From NCBI GenBank assembly GCA_965223265.1, contig OZ244999.1, positions 1,888,001 to 1,952,000 on the forward strand: a stretch of DNA of 64,000 nucleotides, read 5' to 3'. The stretch is from Planctomycetota bacterium. GTDB lineage: Bacteria > Planctomycetota > UBA8108 > SXIK01. The translations under genes were made by a program, and so were the position numbers. Under the pieces are notes generated by a model. That model was not told the DNA's origin and ran no database searches. It was given only the letters and a program-made list of their open reading frames with translations. Below, in pieces: positions 27,069-36,114 of the stretch (position 1 is its first letter; each line of letters starts with the position of its first letter).

Positions 27069-29492
27069 CTACCGCTTTTGCCAAGGTGGCGCGAGGCGAT
27101 GCTCGAACGGATCCTCGTCGACGTAGTACAGTTCGAACTCCCACCAACTGTAGCTCGGCAACCTGTCGAAGAGGTAGATTTTCGCCGTATAGTCGTTGGC
27201 GGCGGTCGGTTGTTCCAGCACGAACGGGTCCGATTCGGGTGATGCCAAATCTTTCACAAAGACGGTCACCGGTCTTTCTGGCAGCGACTCAAAGAATTCG
27301 TGGCCAAGGTCGACGATCGGGTCGGCCTCGACATGTTCGATCGTCGCTTGATTTGCTCGGACGTGCACGATGTCGCGACCGTCGACTCGCGCGCGCCATC
27401 GAAAGAATCGTTTCGCTTTGCTTCTCTTTGTTTTCAATCTCTGTGCACTTCGCTCCGACCATTGGCGGATCGTTTCCTCTAGCGACTCCGTATCTGGCGC
27501 TTCGGCGAGGAGCGCTTCCGCCTTGGCTAGGTCCTCGAGAGCCTGGCGAGCGTTTTCGGCAAGCTGATTCACGCCGGCCAGATCGTAGCAGAACTCCGGT
27601 GCGGCACGAAAACGACTGCTCGCCGTCTCGAGCTGTTTGAGGGCGCCCGCCAGGGCGGTCTTCGTCGCGTTGTTTGGTTCGTTACGATAAGCGAAGTAGG
27701 CATAGCAGGTTTTCACGTAGGCGTTGTTCGTCTCGATCAGCCCGCGAGTCAGCTCCAGGCTGTTGCCGATGTGTTCAGCCAGTTCTCGATCCTCGATGAG
27801 CGATTCGACACGTTTGTAGCGGGAGTACATCTCATGGGCCGCGGCGAGTCCTCGGTCGAGATGCGCTATGGCTTCCTCGGTCTCGTCGATCGACGGCTCG
27901 AACATCGAGCGGCGCAGCCAATCGATGTGACCCCGCCCCCGGTCGACTTCCGGAATCCCTATTCTCTTGAATGATGTGAGGCGCAGGTGGGGAAGTGTAT
28001 TGCCGCGGATCTTTTCAGCAACCGGCTTGATGTAGATTCCATCTCTGTATGCCGTGTACGAAAGGAGTAGAATCTCGGCCAGCTCTGCCGCTGCTTTCCT
28101 TCCGACGTGGATCGCTGCAAAGTCCTGGGCGATCGTTCGAAGGTCTTCATCCGGGTTCCACATCAGGCGATAGATCGTGTAGCCCGTGACCGCTCGCGTA
28201 CTCCACTCCTCCGGGTTCGGCGCCCCCCAGTGTGCCCCGACGAGATTCGTCTCATTCGCCGCAAGAATCATCTGCAGTCCGCCCTGATGGTATTGGCCAG
28301 GAAAAGAGGGAAAGACATTCACTCCAGCGTGCGCGTGATAGTCGAGCGTGGAGAAGAGCGCGACCATCTTGTGCGGCGTCAGGTTGAATGTCGGATTGAA
28401 CGGCTGGTAGTACCAGCGGTCTGCGAGACTCATGTAAGGTGATAAGAAGAGGTTTTCGGTGGGGACCTGACTCGTGAAGATCGCCCTGTAGACGTCCGGA
28501 TCCGAGTGCTGCTCGTTCGCAGTGGTCACCCACGTCCGATGGAAATAGATCTTCGCAAACTCACCGACTACGACTTCATGCAGCTTCTTGAGAAACGTCC
28601 GGTAACGGCGCTCCAACGTCCAGTCGCTTTCCTTGGGTTCGTGCATCACGTCGAACGGTCGGTAGCGTCCGTGCACTCGTGTCAGTTCACCGGTTCGGAT
28701 CTGCACACCGTCCAGTTCAGGCATGGTACGAAAGAGGCGTCGGTACTTCTCTTGAAGCGCGTTCCAGATCCGAGGGTCGGCCGGATCGCGTCTCGCCTTC
28801 GTTCCCTCCAGCAGCGACGGGTGGTATGAAATCTCGTCGCCCGCGGCGAGGTATTTCAGATGGAACGCGTGGGCTCGGTCGATCAACTTCGCCAGCTGCC
28901 GGCGATTCTGTGCGTTGCGCGAAGCCTCGGGTTCGACGTCCCACGGGACGAGGTCTAGAGTGTTCCCTCCGGACACCCACGTGGCGCCAAACCGGAGCGC
29001 GTTGCGGATCTCCGCCTCGCTTCGCGCTCCAGTCAGACGAACCGATCCGACCGGTTCCCGAACAGTGTTGAGCTTGGGAATCCGTTTGTGAACGCGTAGT
29101 CGATCCCAGAGCCAGTAAAGCCCGTTGGTGTATGCGAGCACGGAGCGACCGGTCACCACTACGGTCGGCCCGCCGCGCTCGGTTGTCACGGTGTGGATTC
29201 GGTACCCTTGATCGCTATCCAGCGGATCGAGCTGAATGGTTCCACGTTGCACCAGCTCGGCAACAATCGGGTTCCCAATGGACGACCCCACGATCACCAC
29301 CGACTCGAGCCTTTCGGGTGGTTGGCCGACTTCGAGAAACTCGATACCCAGTTCTTTCCCTGCACGTTGCAAATCGTCCACCGCGGCGCGAATGGCAGGT
29401 TCGGCGGACAGCGTCGGGTCGACAAAGACTTGCCAGCTTTCGCCAGTGCGGTTGACGGGTGTCAAAGCGAGTAACAAGCATACGAGCAGCAT
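27069..29492 (-). CDS. Secreted glycoside-hydrolase-like protein (GH20/GH67/GH115-type N-terminal domain)
   Basis: AGGAGG SD before ATG 29492. N-domain DQGYRI...VVVTGRS..AYTNGLYWL, then a barrel-like region (ELDGVQIRTGE). Confidence 0.55.
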   Translation of the reverse strand: MLLVCLLLALTPVNRTGESWQVFVDPTLSAEPAIRAAVDDLQRAGKELGIEFLEVGQPPERLESVVIVGSSIGNPIVAELVQRGTIQLDPLDSDQGYRIHTVTTERGGPTVVVTGRSVLAYTNGLYWLWDRLRVHKRIPKLNTVREPVGSVRLTGARSEAEIRNALRFGATWVSGGNTLDLVPWDVEPEASRNAQNRRQLAKLIDRAHAFHLKYLAAGDEISYHPSLLEGTKARRDPADPRIWNALQEKYRRLFRTMPELDGVQIRTGELTRVHGRYRPFDVMHEPKESDWTLERRYRTFLKKLHEVVVGEFAKIYFHRTWVTTANEQHSDPDVYRAIFTSQVPTENLFLSPYMSLADRWYYQPFNPTFNLTPHKMVALFSTLDYHAHAGVNVFPSFPGQYHQGGLQMILAANETNLVGAHWGAPNPEEWSTRAVTGYTIYRLMWNPDEDLRTIAQDFAAIHVGRKAAAELAEILLLSYTAYRDGIYIKPVAEKIRGNTLPHLRLTSFKRIGIPEVDRGRGHIDWLRRSMFEPSIDETEEAIAHLDRGLAAAHEMYSRYKRVESLIEDRELAEHIGNSLELTRGLIETNNAYVKTCYAYFAYRNEPNNATKTALAGALKQLETASSRFRAAPEFCYDLAGVNQLAENARQALEDLAKAEALLAEAPDTESLEETIRQWSERSAQRLKTKRSKAKRFFRWRARVDGRDIVHVRANQATIEHVEADPIVDLGHEFFESLPERPVTVFVKDLASPESDPFVLEQPTAANDYTAKIYLFDRLPSYSWWEFELYYVDEDPFEHRLAPPWQKR

Positions 29493-29913
29493 GGCAGCAG
29501 CCTCCTGAGTGGAGCTCCTAGCGCTAGCGCTAGCGGCGGCGATCTCCCTCGGCAAAAGCCTGTTCAGACGAACATTGTGAGAACGGGGCTGAGTACCTCG
29601 GTGACTCCGCTCTTGTGAACAACCCGGCGTGAGTCTCCTCGAACTCGGTGGCGTGGCGCGAGCACAGAGATCCAAGTAGTCGAGGAGACATGCCGTGACG
29701 TCACGAGCCGAACCTTCCCAGAGTATGTTTGCCGCCCTGTCGGCGCATGGCTATGACCTCGGTCACGGCCGATCTGACGCATTTGTCGTCGAATGAAGAT
29801 CTCTGAACTTCCGGCAACGATTGCTGCGACCCACACGGGGGGCGGACCGCACATCTGTCCTTTGGCGTCCCGACCGGGGCAGTTTTCTGAGCGGCTGTTG
29901 AGTTCGGTGGAAA

Positions 29914-32900
29914 CTAACGGCACGCCACATCGCCAATCGGTGCGTCCCCCGACGCAAACAGGTGCAGGAGGAGGAAAATCGGATCGGTGACGTTTGTCCG
30001 ACCATCCGCATTCACGTCGACAGCCTCGGCGCATGCGATCGTCCCACTGCGAAATAGATAGTTAAGGCTCGCGATCGCGTCGGCGAGATCGAGTTTGCCG
30101 CTCGCGTCCGCGTCGCCACGTGCCACTGTCTGCGGCACATTGGCTGCGAAAGGAGTCGGGGGTCGGAACGAGAACGAGCCACCGCATCCTGACCGTGCCC
30201 AGGCAACATCGTCGGTCTGCGGTCCATAGTTGACTGCGTCGACGACGAGGGGAGAACCCTCGTTCGTCGTCACACCCAGCATAAGTTGACCACGATCCTT
30301 GTCGAGACGAAACGGTGCATGAAGCGGGCCTTGGTCGGGGTTGTTATCGCAAAACACAACGGTCGCTTCACCCGGACTTAGCTCGATTCCGGCCGGAAAC
30401 CAAAACCAGTCGTCGCTGACGGGAAACCTCTCGCCGAGAAAGACTCCATCGAGTTTGAGAACTTGGTCGCCACAGTTACGTACCTCGACCCAGTCGGGGG
30501 TGCCTCCTGCTTCATCGACGAGACCGTCTGTGTTGGACGCCACCATTTCCGAGATCTCAAGCGGGAGGCCATCGCCCACTGCCATGCTGAAGAGGTCGCC
30601 GGTGTCTTCAGTGGCGACGAGGCCTGAATCTTCGTCTGGAAGAGTCTCGACGTTGTCACTTAGGTCGACTGCTTCCAAGAGGAATCGAATGCTTGCTCCA
30701 GCGGGCAGCCCCGGTTCCAGCAGTCCCGAAAAGACGCCATCCTGCGGCTCTTCGTCGGCATGCCGGCCATCGTCGAAGAGGATGATGCGCCGAGTCTCGC
30801 TGGGCACGTCGATTCGTCGGAATAGAACACTGACGCTGACGATTCCGATGTCGTCGTCAGCCTTGGCATAGAAACGGATCGGCTCTCCTGCCATCGCAGC
30901 CACGTACGATCCTCTGCGCCGTCCAGTAGCCTCACCACCGACTGCGCTGAGGCTGAGCGAGGGTGAGACTGAACCGTTGTCAGTGTTCTCCGCACCTGGG
31001 CTGGGGAATAGATTGAAAACGAACGAGTGGAGTCCATCGCGATATCGAGCGTAGGAGACGTTCGTCTCTTGCTCAGGATAGTCGACGAAGTCGGCAGTCG
31101 TTCCGTCGGGCGCCAGAAGCGACAGCTTGGCACCTTCCGCAGGCAACCTGAAACCGGTGTGGAATTCCGATCTTTCCTCAGCTCTCGAGAAGAAAACTAG
31201 CTGGTGGCTCCGACTTTCGAGCTGGGCGGGAGGGAAAGCGAACCCAAGTCTCTGAATCTCGCCGTCGTTCTTGCGCTCAAGGACTAGCGCCCAGCCCGCA
31301 AGGTTGACCGCTGTTTCTGAGGCGTTGAAGACTTCGACCCACTCGCTGCGGCGGCCTTCGTCAGGCGCGACGGGAAAGTCGTCGTTCGACGCGAGGATTT
31401 CGTTGATGGTCACTGCCCCGATCGGACTACGGTTGCCTTCGAGGATGCGCGGTGACGCCGCCTCTGCACGTCGACTGCTCAACGCCGTCCACAGTGCATC
31501 GCCCGAGCCTATGAGATCAACTTGGCCGTCACCATCAAGGTCGCCGGTGGCGATGTGCTGGCCAGACGGAACATCGACCGTGAGAGCGGGAACAAAGACT
31601 CCAGTCTCGTCAGATCGCGTCAACAGAGTCACGCACGAGAGAATCTGGCAGCCGATGGCGAAGTCGTTTTGGCCATCGCCATCGAAGTCTCCGAACGCGA
31701 CGCTCGAGGCGGGGAAAGCCGCACTGCCCGATACTGCTGTGTCCTCCGTCAAGGTGAATAGGAGGCTTGGGCCCCCCGAATAGACGAGCGCGCCGTCGCC
31801 ACTACCTAAGATGAGGTCGAGAACACCGTCTCCGTTGAGGTCCTCCGCCTCGATCTCGGTCGCGCCGAATTTATCCTCTGTCGGCGACGAGAAGATTCTT
31901 CGCGGCAGACTTTCGCCGGTCATGAGGTCGCCGCGGTTTTCAACCACCACCATGTCGCCGCTATATGACGCGCCCGCAAGGTCGATGTCGCCATCGAGAT
32001 CCAAATCGGCCGCCACCATATCTCGGGCTTCGTAGACGAATTCGAATTCGCGCGTGAATTCGAAAGAACCGTCACCGCTTCCCCGAAAGAAACCGAGTCG
32101 ACAATCGAGGAATCCGGCAGCGATGTCGACGGTGCTATCGCCGTCGAAGTCTGCCGCTGCCAGAGCAAACAGGCGCCCGTTTTCATTCTCCGGTAGCCGG
32201 AATTGAACTTCTGGCCCAAGGCTGCCATCTGCTCGGCCGAGTCGGACGCAAAGGCCACCGCGACTGTTCTTTTCACCTAAGTTCGCCGTGACTGCGTCGG
32301 CGATTCCGTCGCCGTTGACATCGATGATACGAACTGCAGATGGAAAGGAACCCATGGGATAGAACACCGGTGGCGAAAGAAGGCCGCTCTCGGTCGCCAG
32401 TCTCACCGTGAGCTCTCCTGAGGCTCGATGGAGCTGCACAACGTCATCGCGGTTGTCACCGTTCATGTCGACGACGCGAAGCCCCGCCACTTCACCGTCA
32501 ACAAGGTAGAATTGGTCGAGGGCGCTGAAGCCGACGCTGCCGGGATCGCCGATCAGCAAGCTCACGTCTTCTGAGACCCGGTTGATGACTGCAAGGTCGA
32601 CGTCGCCGTCGCGATTGAAGTCTCCGACTGCGACCTCGCGAGGGCTTTGACCGATCGGCATCTCCGCTGTCGGCGTCAGTGTGCCCTGGCGGTTTTCGTA
32701 GCTGATTAGGCGGTCGAGATTTCGTAGGACAACGACGACGTCATTCCAACCGTCGTCGTTCAAGTCCAGGATCTCGACATCGCGCGGCCCGCCCGGCACT
32801 GCGATCGATTGGATGGGTTCTGCCGAGAAGCTGAGTTTTTCACCGGAGAGCGTGCCGCGGCGGATCTCGACGGTGCCGAAGTTTCTGTGCGCCGTGACGA

Positions 32901-33765
32901 GATCTGGAAGACCTCCTGCACGGGGAGAGGTGAGAGCGCCGACTTCCACGTCGAACACGTTTTCATCCGCACGCGTCTCAACGCTCACGATCGAGCTCAA
33001 ATCGACATTGAGCACGCCACTCTCGTCGGGTCGAAGCACCCAAATCCACTGGCTCTCGGCATTCGTGACAATCAAGTTATCGCGGTCGCTTCCCGGGCGT
33101 CTGAAGGACTTCAGTGAGTAAACGGGCTTCGGGAAGTTTCCGTCCGTGGCGGCCAATTCTGGAATGGCGCTGACACGAACGAACTCGCCGCTTTCGTCTA
33201 GGCGATAGTGCTCCAGACCGAACGGCGGTCCCGCTGTAACCAGCTCCAGCTTCCCATCGCCGTCGAAGTCACCAGTTGCCAGGTTTCTTGCACCGGACCC
33301 GGTCTCTCCGATGAGTTCGCGGTGGAAGCGGCGCATCCCGTCGTTGATGAACAAGATGGCGGCCACTGCACTGAAGGGAGCCGCGACCGCGATGTCTGTG
33401 CGACCGTCACTATTGAGGTCGCCCATCAAAACTTGACGAAGGCCTCGGGCACCTGACTCAGGAGGAAACGCGACCAAATGCTGTGGATCCAGGAATCGGC
33501 CGTCTCCGGTATTGAAAAAAAGAGTTAACGTGCCGTCCAGGTTGCTGACAGCGAGATCGAAGGCTCCATCACCGTCGAGGTCGCCTGACGCAATGCTTTT
33601 CGGGCCTTCCCGTGGCGAGAAAATGTCTGGAGCTCCGGCGTCGAGTCGTTCGCCGAAGGCCTTGAGATTCTCGAAGAGCTGTGCTTCGAGTCGGCCAGAG
33701 GTCGCCGCAAGTAGGCATAGCAACACCGCAACTCGGCTCCCGCTTCGGCTCGCCGTAATCCCCAT
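29914..33765 (-). CDS. Secreted FG-GAP repeat + two lamin-tail domains + dockerin-like C-terminus
   Basis: Many D.N/DGDG..D repeats. LTD motifs INEILASN...EWVEVFN and ISEMVASN...DWVEVRN. C-terminal RGDADASGKLDLAD...DVNADGRTNVTD. Confidence 0.85.
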   Translation of the reverse strand: MGITASRSGSRVAVLLCLLAATSGRLEAQLFENLKAFGERLDAGAPDIFSPREGPKSIASGDLDGDGAFDLAVSNLDGTLTLFFNTGDGRFLDPQHLVAFPPESGARGLRQVLMGDLNSDGRTDIAVAAPFSAVAAILFINDGMRRFHRELIGETGSGARNLATGDFDGDGKLELVTAGPPFGLEHYRLDESGEFVRVSAIPELAATDGNFPKPVYSLKSFRRPGSDRDNLIVTNAESQWIWVLRPDESGVLNVDLSSIVSVETRADENVFDVEVGALTSPRAGGLPDLVTAHRNFGTVEIRRGTLSGEKLSFSAEPIQSIAVPGGPRDVEILDLNDDGWNDVVVVLRNLDRLISYENRQGTLTPTAEMPIGQSPREVAVGDFNRDGDVDLAVINRVSEDVSLLIGDPGSVGFSALDQFYLVDGEVAGLRVVDMNGDNRDDVVQLHRASGELTVRLATESGLLSPPVFYPMGSFPSAVRIIDVNGDGIADAVTANLGEKNSRGGLCVRLGRADGSLGPEVQFRLPENENGRLFALAAADFDGDSTVDIAAGFLDCRLGFFRGSGDGSFEFTREFEFVYEARDMVAADLDLDGDIDLAGASYSGDMVVVENRGDLMTGESLPRRIFSSPTEDKFGATEIEAEDLNGDGVLDLILGSGDGALVYSGGPSLLFTLTEDTAVSGSAAFPASSVAFGDFDGDGQNDFAIGCQILSCVTLLTRSDETGVFVPALTVDVPSGQHIATGDLDGDGQVDLIGSGDALWTALSSRRAEAASPRILEGNRSPIGAVTINEILASNDDFPVAPDEGRRSEWVEVFNASETAVNLAGWALVLERKNDGEIQRLGFAFPPAQLESRSHQLVFFSRAEERSEFHTGFRLPAEGAKLSLLAPDGTTADFVDYPEQETNVSYARYRDGLHSFVFNLFPSPGAENTDNGSVSPSLSLSAVGGEATGRRRGSYVAAMAGEPIRFYAKADDDIGIVSVSVLFRRIDVPSETRRIILFDDGRHADEEPQDGVFSGLLEPGLPAGASIRFLLEAVDLSDNVETLPDEDSGLVATEDTGDLFSMAVGDGLPLEISEMVASNTDGLVDEAGGTPDWVEVRNCGDQVLKLDGVFLGERFPVSDDWFWFPAGIELSPGEATVVFCDNNPDQGPLHAPFRLDKDRGQLMLGVTTNEGSPLVVDAVNYGPQTDDVAWARSGCGGSFSFRPPTPFAANVPQTVARGDADASGKLDLADAIASLNYLFRSGTIACAEAVDVNADGRTNVTDPIFLLLHLFASGDAPIGDVACR

Positions 33766-34110
33766 GTCTGCACCTCAAAAAGAGACTCTTGAGTTACCGC
33801 CGACGCTATAGTGCAAATGCTACTTCAGCGCGGTCGGACGAGGAAGAGAGGATATGAACTTTTTCTCGCTGCGAGGGTCAACGACTTTCGTCGTTTGTGC
33901 TGAGTCCGTGACATACGGAGATCCTTTCACACGTCGCGGCGCAGTCGAGAGGTGGTCAGCAAAGTGGGGATTGGCACTGGAAAATGAGAAACTGTTGGCG
34001 TGTTTCATGGGGGACGGTATGGTCGAGGGCCGAGACGGAGGCCGAATCGCACTGCTGCACGAAACATCGGTGCGACCTGTGCCGCAGACAACGTCGCCGG
34101 TCGGAAAACC

Positions 34111-34749
34111 ATGACGCTAAAGATCGATTCACACCCTCTTCTTCACCTCGGAGTTTTCACGTCTTCGTTGCCCCAGCCGCTTGGTCGTCTGCAGACACCG
34201 GAGACGATCCTTGAACTGCTGAGCCCCGACGCCGAGACACCGTTCGAACGCTCGGAGCCTCTCCGCGTCGCCATCCGCGATCTCCTCCGCCATGGCGGTT
34301 TCAAGCCCACAGGGCGCGGAAAACCCGCGAGCGAGTACTTGGTTCGTGCTGCGAAAGAGGAGAAGCTCAAACCGATCAACGCCGTCGTGGATGCGTGTAA
34401 CGTCGTCTCACTCCACAGCGGACTGCCGATTAGCGTTGTCGATCTAGACTTGGCGGTCCCACCATTTCGCGTTGCCATCGCGGACGAGAGCAGCAGTTAC
34501 GTCTTCAACGCCAGCGGGCAAGAGATCGACGTGAGCGGCCTCTTGTGTTTTCACGACGAAGAAGGTCCATGTGCTAACGCGGTCAAGGATGCACAGCGCA
34601 CAAAGACTCACGATGGCACTTTGCGTGTCCTCTGCCTCGTCTGGGGATGCTGCGATTTCTCAAGCGAGACAGACTCGGCGACCGACTGGTATCGACAGCT
34701 GTTGACAGCTGCGGGGGCGACTTGTGCCGACGTTTGTCGGACATCATAG
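34111..34749 (+). CDS. Stand-alone B3/B4 tRNA-editing domain protein
   Basis: GFKPTGRGKPASEYLVR, INAVVDACNVVSLHSGLPISVVDLD. Start at ATG 34111. Confidence 0.8.
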   Translation: MTLKIDSHPLLHLGVFTSSLPQPLGRLQTPETILELLSPDAETPFERSEPLRVAIRDLLRHGGFKPTGRGKPASEYLVRAAKEEKLKPINAVVDACNVVSLHSGLPISVVDLDLAVPPFRVAIADESSSYVFNASGQEIDVSGLLCFHDEEGPCANAVKDAQRTKTHDGTLRVLCLVWGCCDFSSETDSATDWYRQLLTAAGATCADVCRTS

Positions 34750-34785
34750 TGGCTGAAGCGCTCTGCGCGCTGTTTTCTCGGGAAG

Positions 34786-35751
34786 CTACTGCGCGAGAAC
34801 CCGCGAAAAGAGATCTCGATCCACGTTGCCGCCGGACAGAATCAGCCCGACGCGCCGTCCACGCATCGCCGCTTGTTCCTGCAGCATTGCCGCGAGAGGG
34901 GCTGCGCCTGCGCCCTCGGCGACGTTATGCGTATCCGTGAAGTAGATGCGCATGGCCGCGGCCACCTCGTCGTCGGTGACTTCGATGATGCGTTCGACGC
35001 TTCGTAGGATCATCTCCAAGGCTACGGGATCCGGTGAACGTACTGCAATCCCGTCCGCGAGTGATGTACTTGCAGGGTGCGAAACCGGCTCCCCGCGAGC
35101 AAACGAAAGAGCATACGCCGGTGCGTGTGCCGAGACAACTCCGACGACATCGGTCGTGCAACCCAGTGCGTCACGCGCCGCGGTGGCGGCGCAAATACTC
35201 GAGCCGAGACCGATCGGCACGTAGACGGTATGAAGCTCGTCGATCGCGCTGAAGAATTCGTACCAGCAGGTCGCTACACCGATCACCAGGAGCGGGTGAA
35301 ACGACGGCACCATGTGAAGGTTCCGTTCGCTGGCGATCTCAGCTGCGTGTTCGAGCGCGTCGTTGAAGTCGTTACCGTATTCGATGAGCTTGGCTCCATG
35401 GGCGCACATGGCGGCGTTTTTTTCCACGCTGTTACCGTGCGGAGCGACAACGAACGCATCCATGTCGTGTCGTCGGGCTGCAAACGCGATGCTCTGACCG
35501 TGATTGCCGCGCGTTGCGCTGATGACACCCCGCACGTCTCGGTCTTGCCGAGCGGCCAGGTCGTCGACATAGACGATACCGCCGCGGACCTTGAACGCGC
35601 CGACGGGCTGATGGTTTTCGTGCTTCACCCACACTTCGGCACCCGTTCGTTCGCAAAGCAGCGGCCAACGGATCTGCGGCGTGGGCGGCAGCGCCTGATG
35701 GACGCGATGTGCTGCTGCTTGGATGTCTCGGAGCGTGGGACGTTCGTTCAT
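34786..35751 (-). CDS. PLP-dependent threonine/serine dehydratase family protein (no regulatory domain)
   Basis: KHENHQPVGAFKVRGG (PLP lysine), ATRGNHG, PIGLGS, EGAGAA, LSGGNVD. Confidence 0.88.
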   Translation of the reverse strand: MNERPTLRDIQAAAHRVHQALPPTPQIRWPLLCERTGAEVWVKHENHQPVGAFKVRGGIVYVDDLAARQDRDVRGVISATRGNHGQSIAFAARRHDMDAFVVAPHGNSVEKNAAMCAHGAKLIEYGNDFNDALEHAAEIASERNLHMVPSFHPLLVIGVATCWYEFFSAIDELHTVYVPIGLGSSICAATAARDALGCTTDVVGVVSAHAPAYALSFARGEPVSHPASTSLADGIAVRSPDPVALEMILRSVERIIEVTDDEVAAAMRIYFTDTHNVAEGAGAAPLAAMLQEQAAMRGRRVGLILSGGNVDRDLFSRVLAQ

Positions 35752-36114
35752 GGCTACAAGTATAGCCGAGATCTGCCGCGTCGCTGGACGGAGGGCGAGG
35801 CCTATAGCCGGAAAAGGGTGTTACGTAACCGAGACTGGGCAGAACATCGATTTGAGGCTGGCACGGATTGCTGTAGGACTCGGGCTTCTGAGCCCTTCCT
35901 GCGAAAAACCTATGCAACTGTAGGGATGGAGTCCGACCCGAGACACCCGGAAACGGCCTACCCAGTATCGAATCGAAGCTGGTGGGGGCTTTTGCTTCGG
36001 GAGCGCCGCCGCCGCGATTGAGCTCTCTCTTTATCCTCCAGCCGTGGAGTGTTACGCTCAGCTACACCGTAATCGACCTTCGAGTATCACTTCGCCACCC
36101 TGCGGAGAGCTGCC

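Noticed and set aside
34111-35751. Functional link between the B3/B4 editing protein and the dehydratase
   Set aside because: The genes are convergent and both families are widespread. Adjacency alone is not evidence.
35800-35975. Structured RNA or sigma54 promoter in the divergent intergenic region
   Set aside because: Only short imperfect inverted repeats. TGGCACGGATTGC has GG-GC spacing two bases too short for sigma54.
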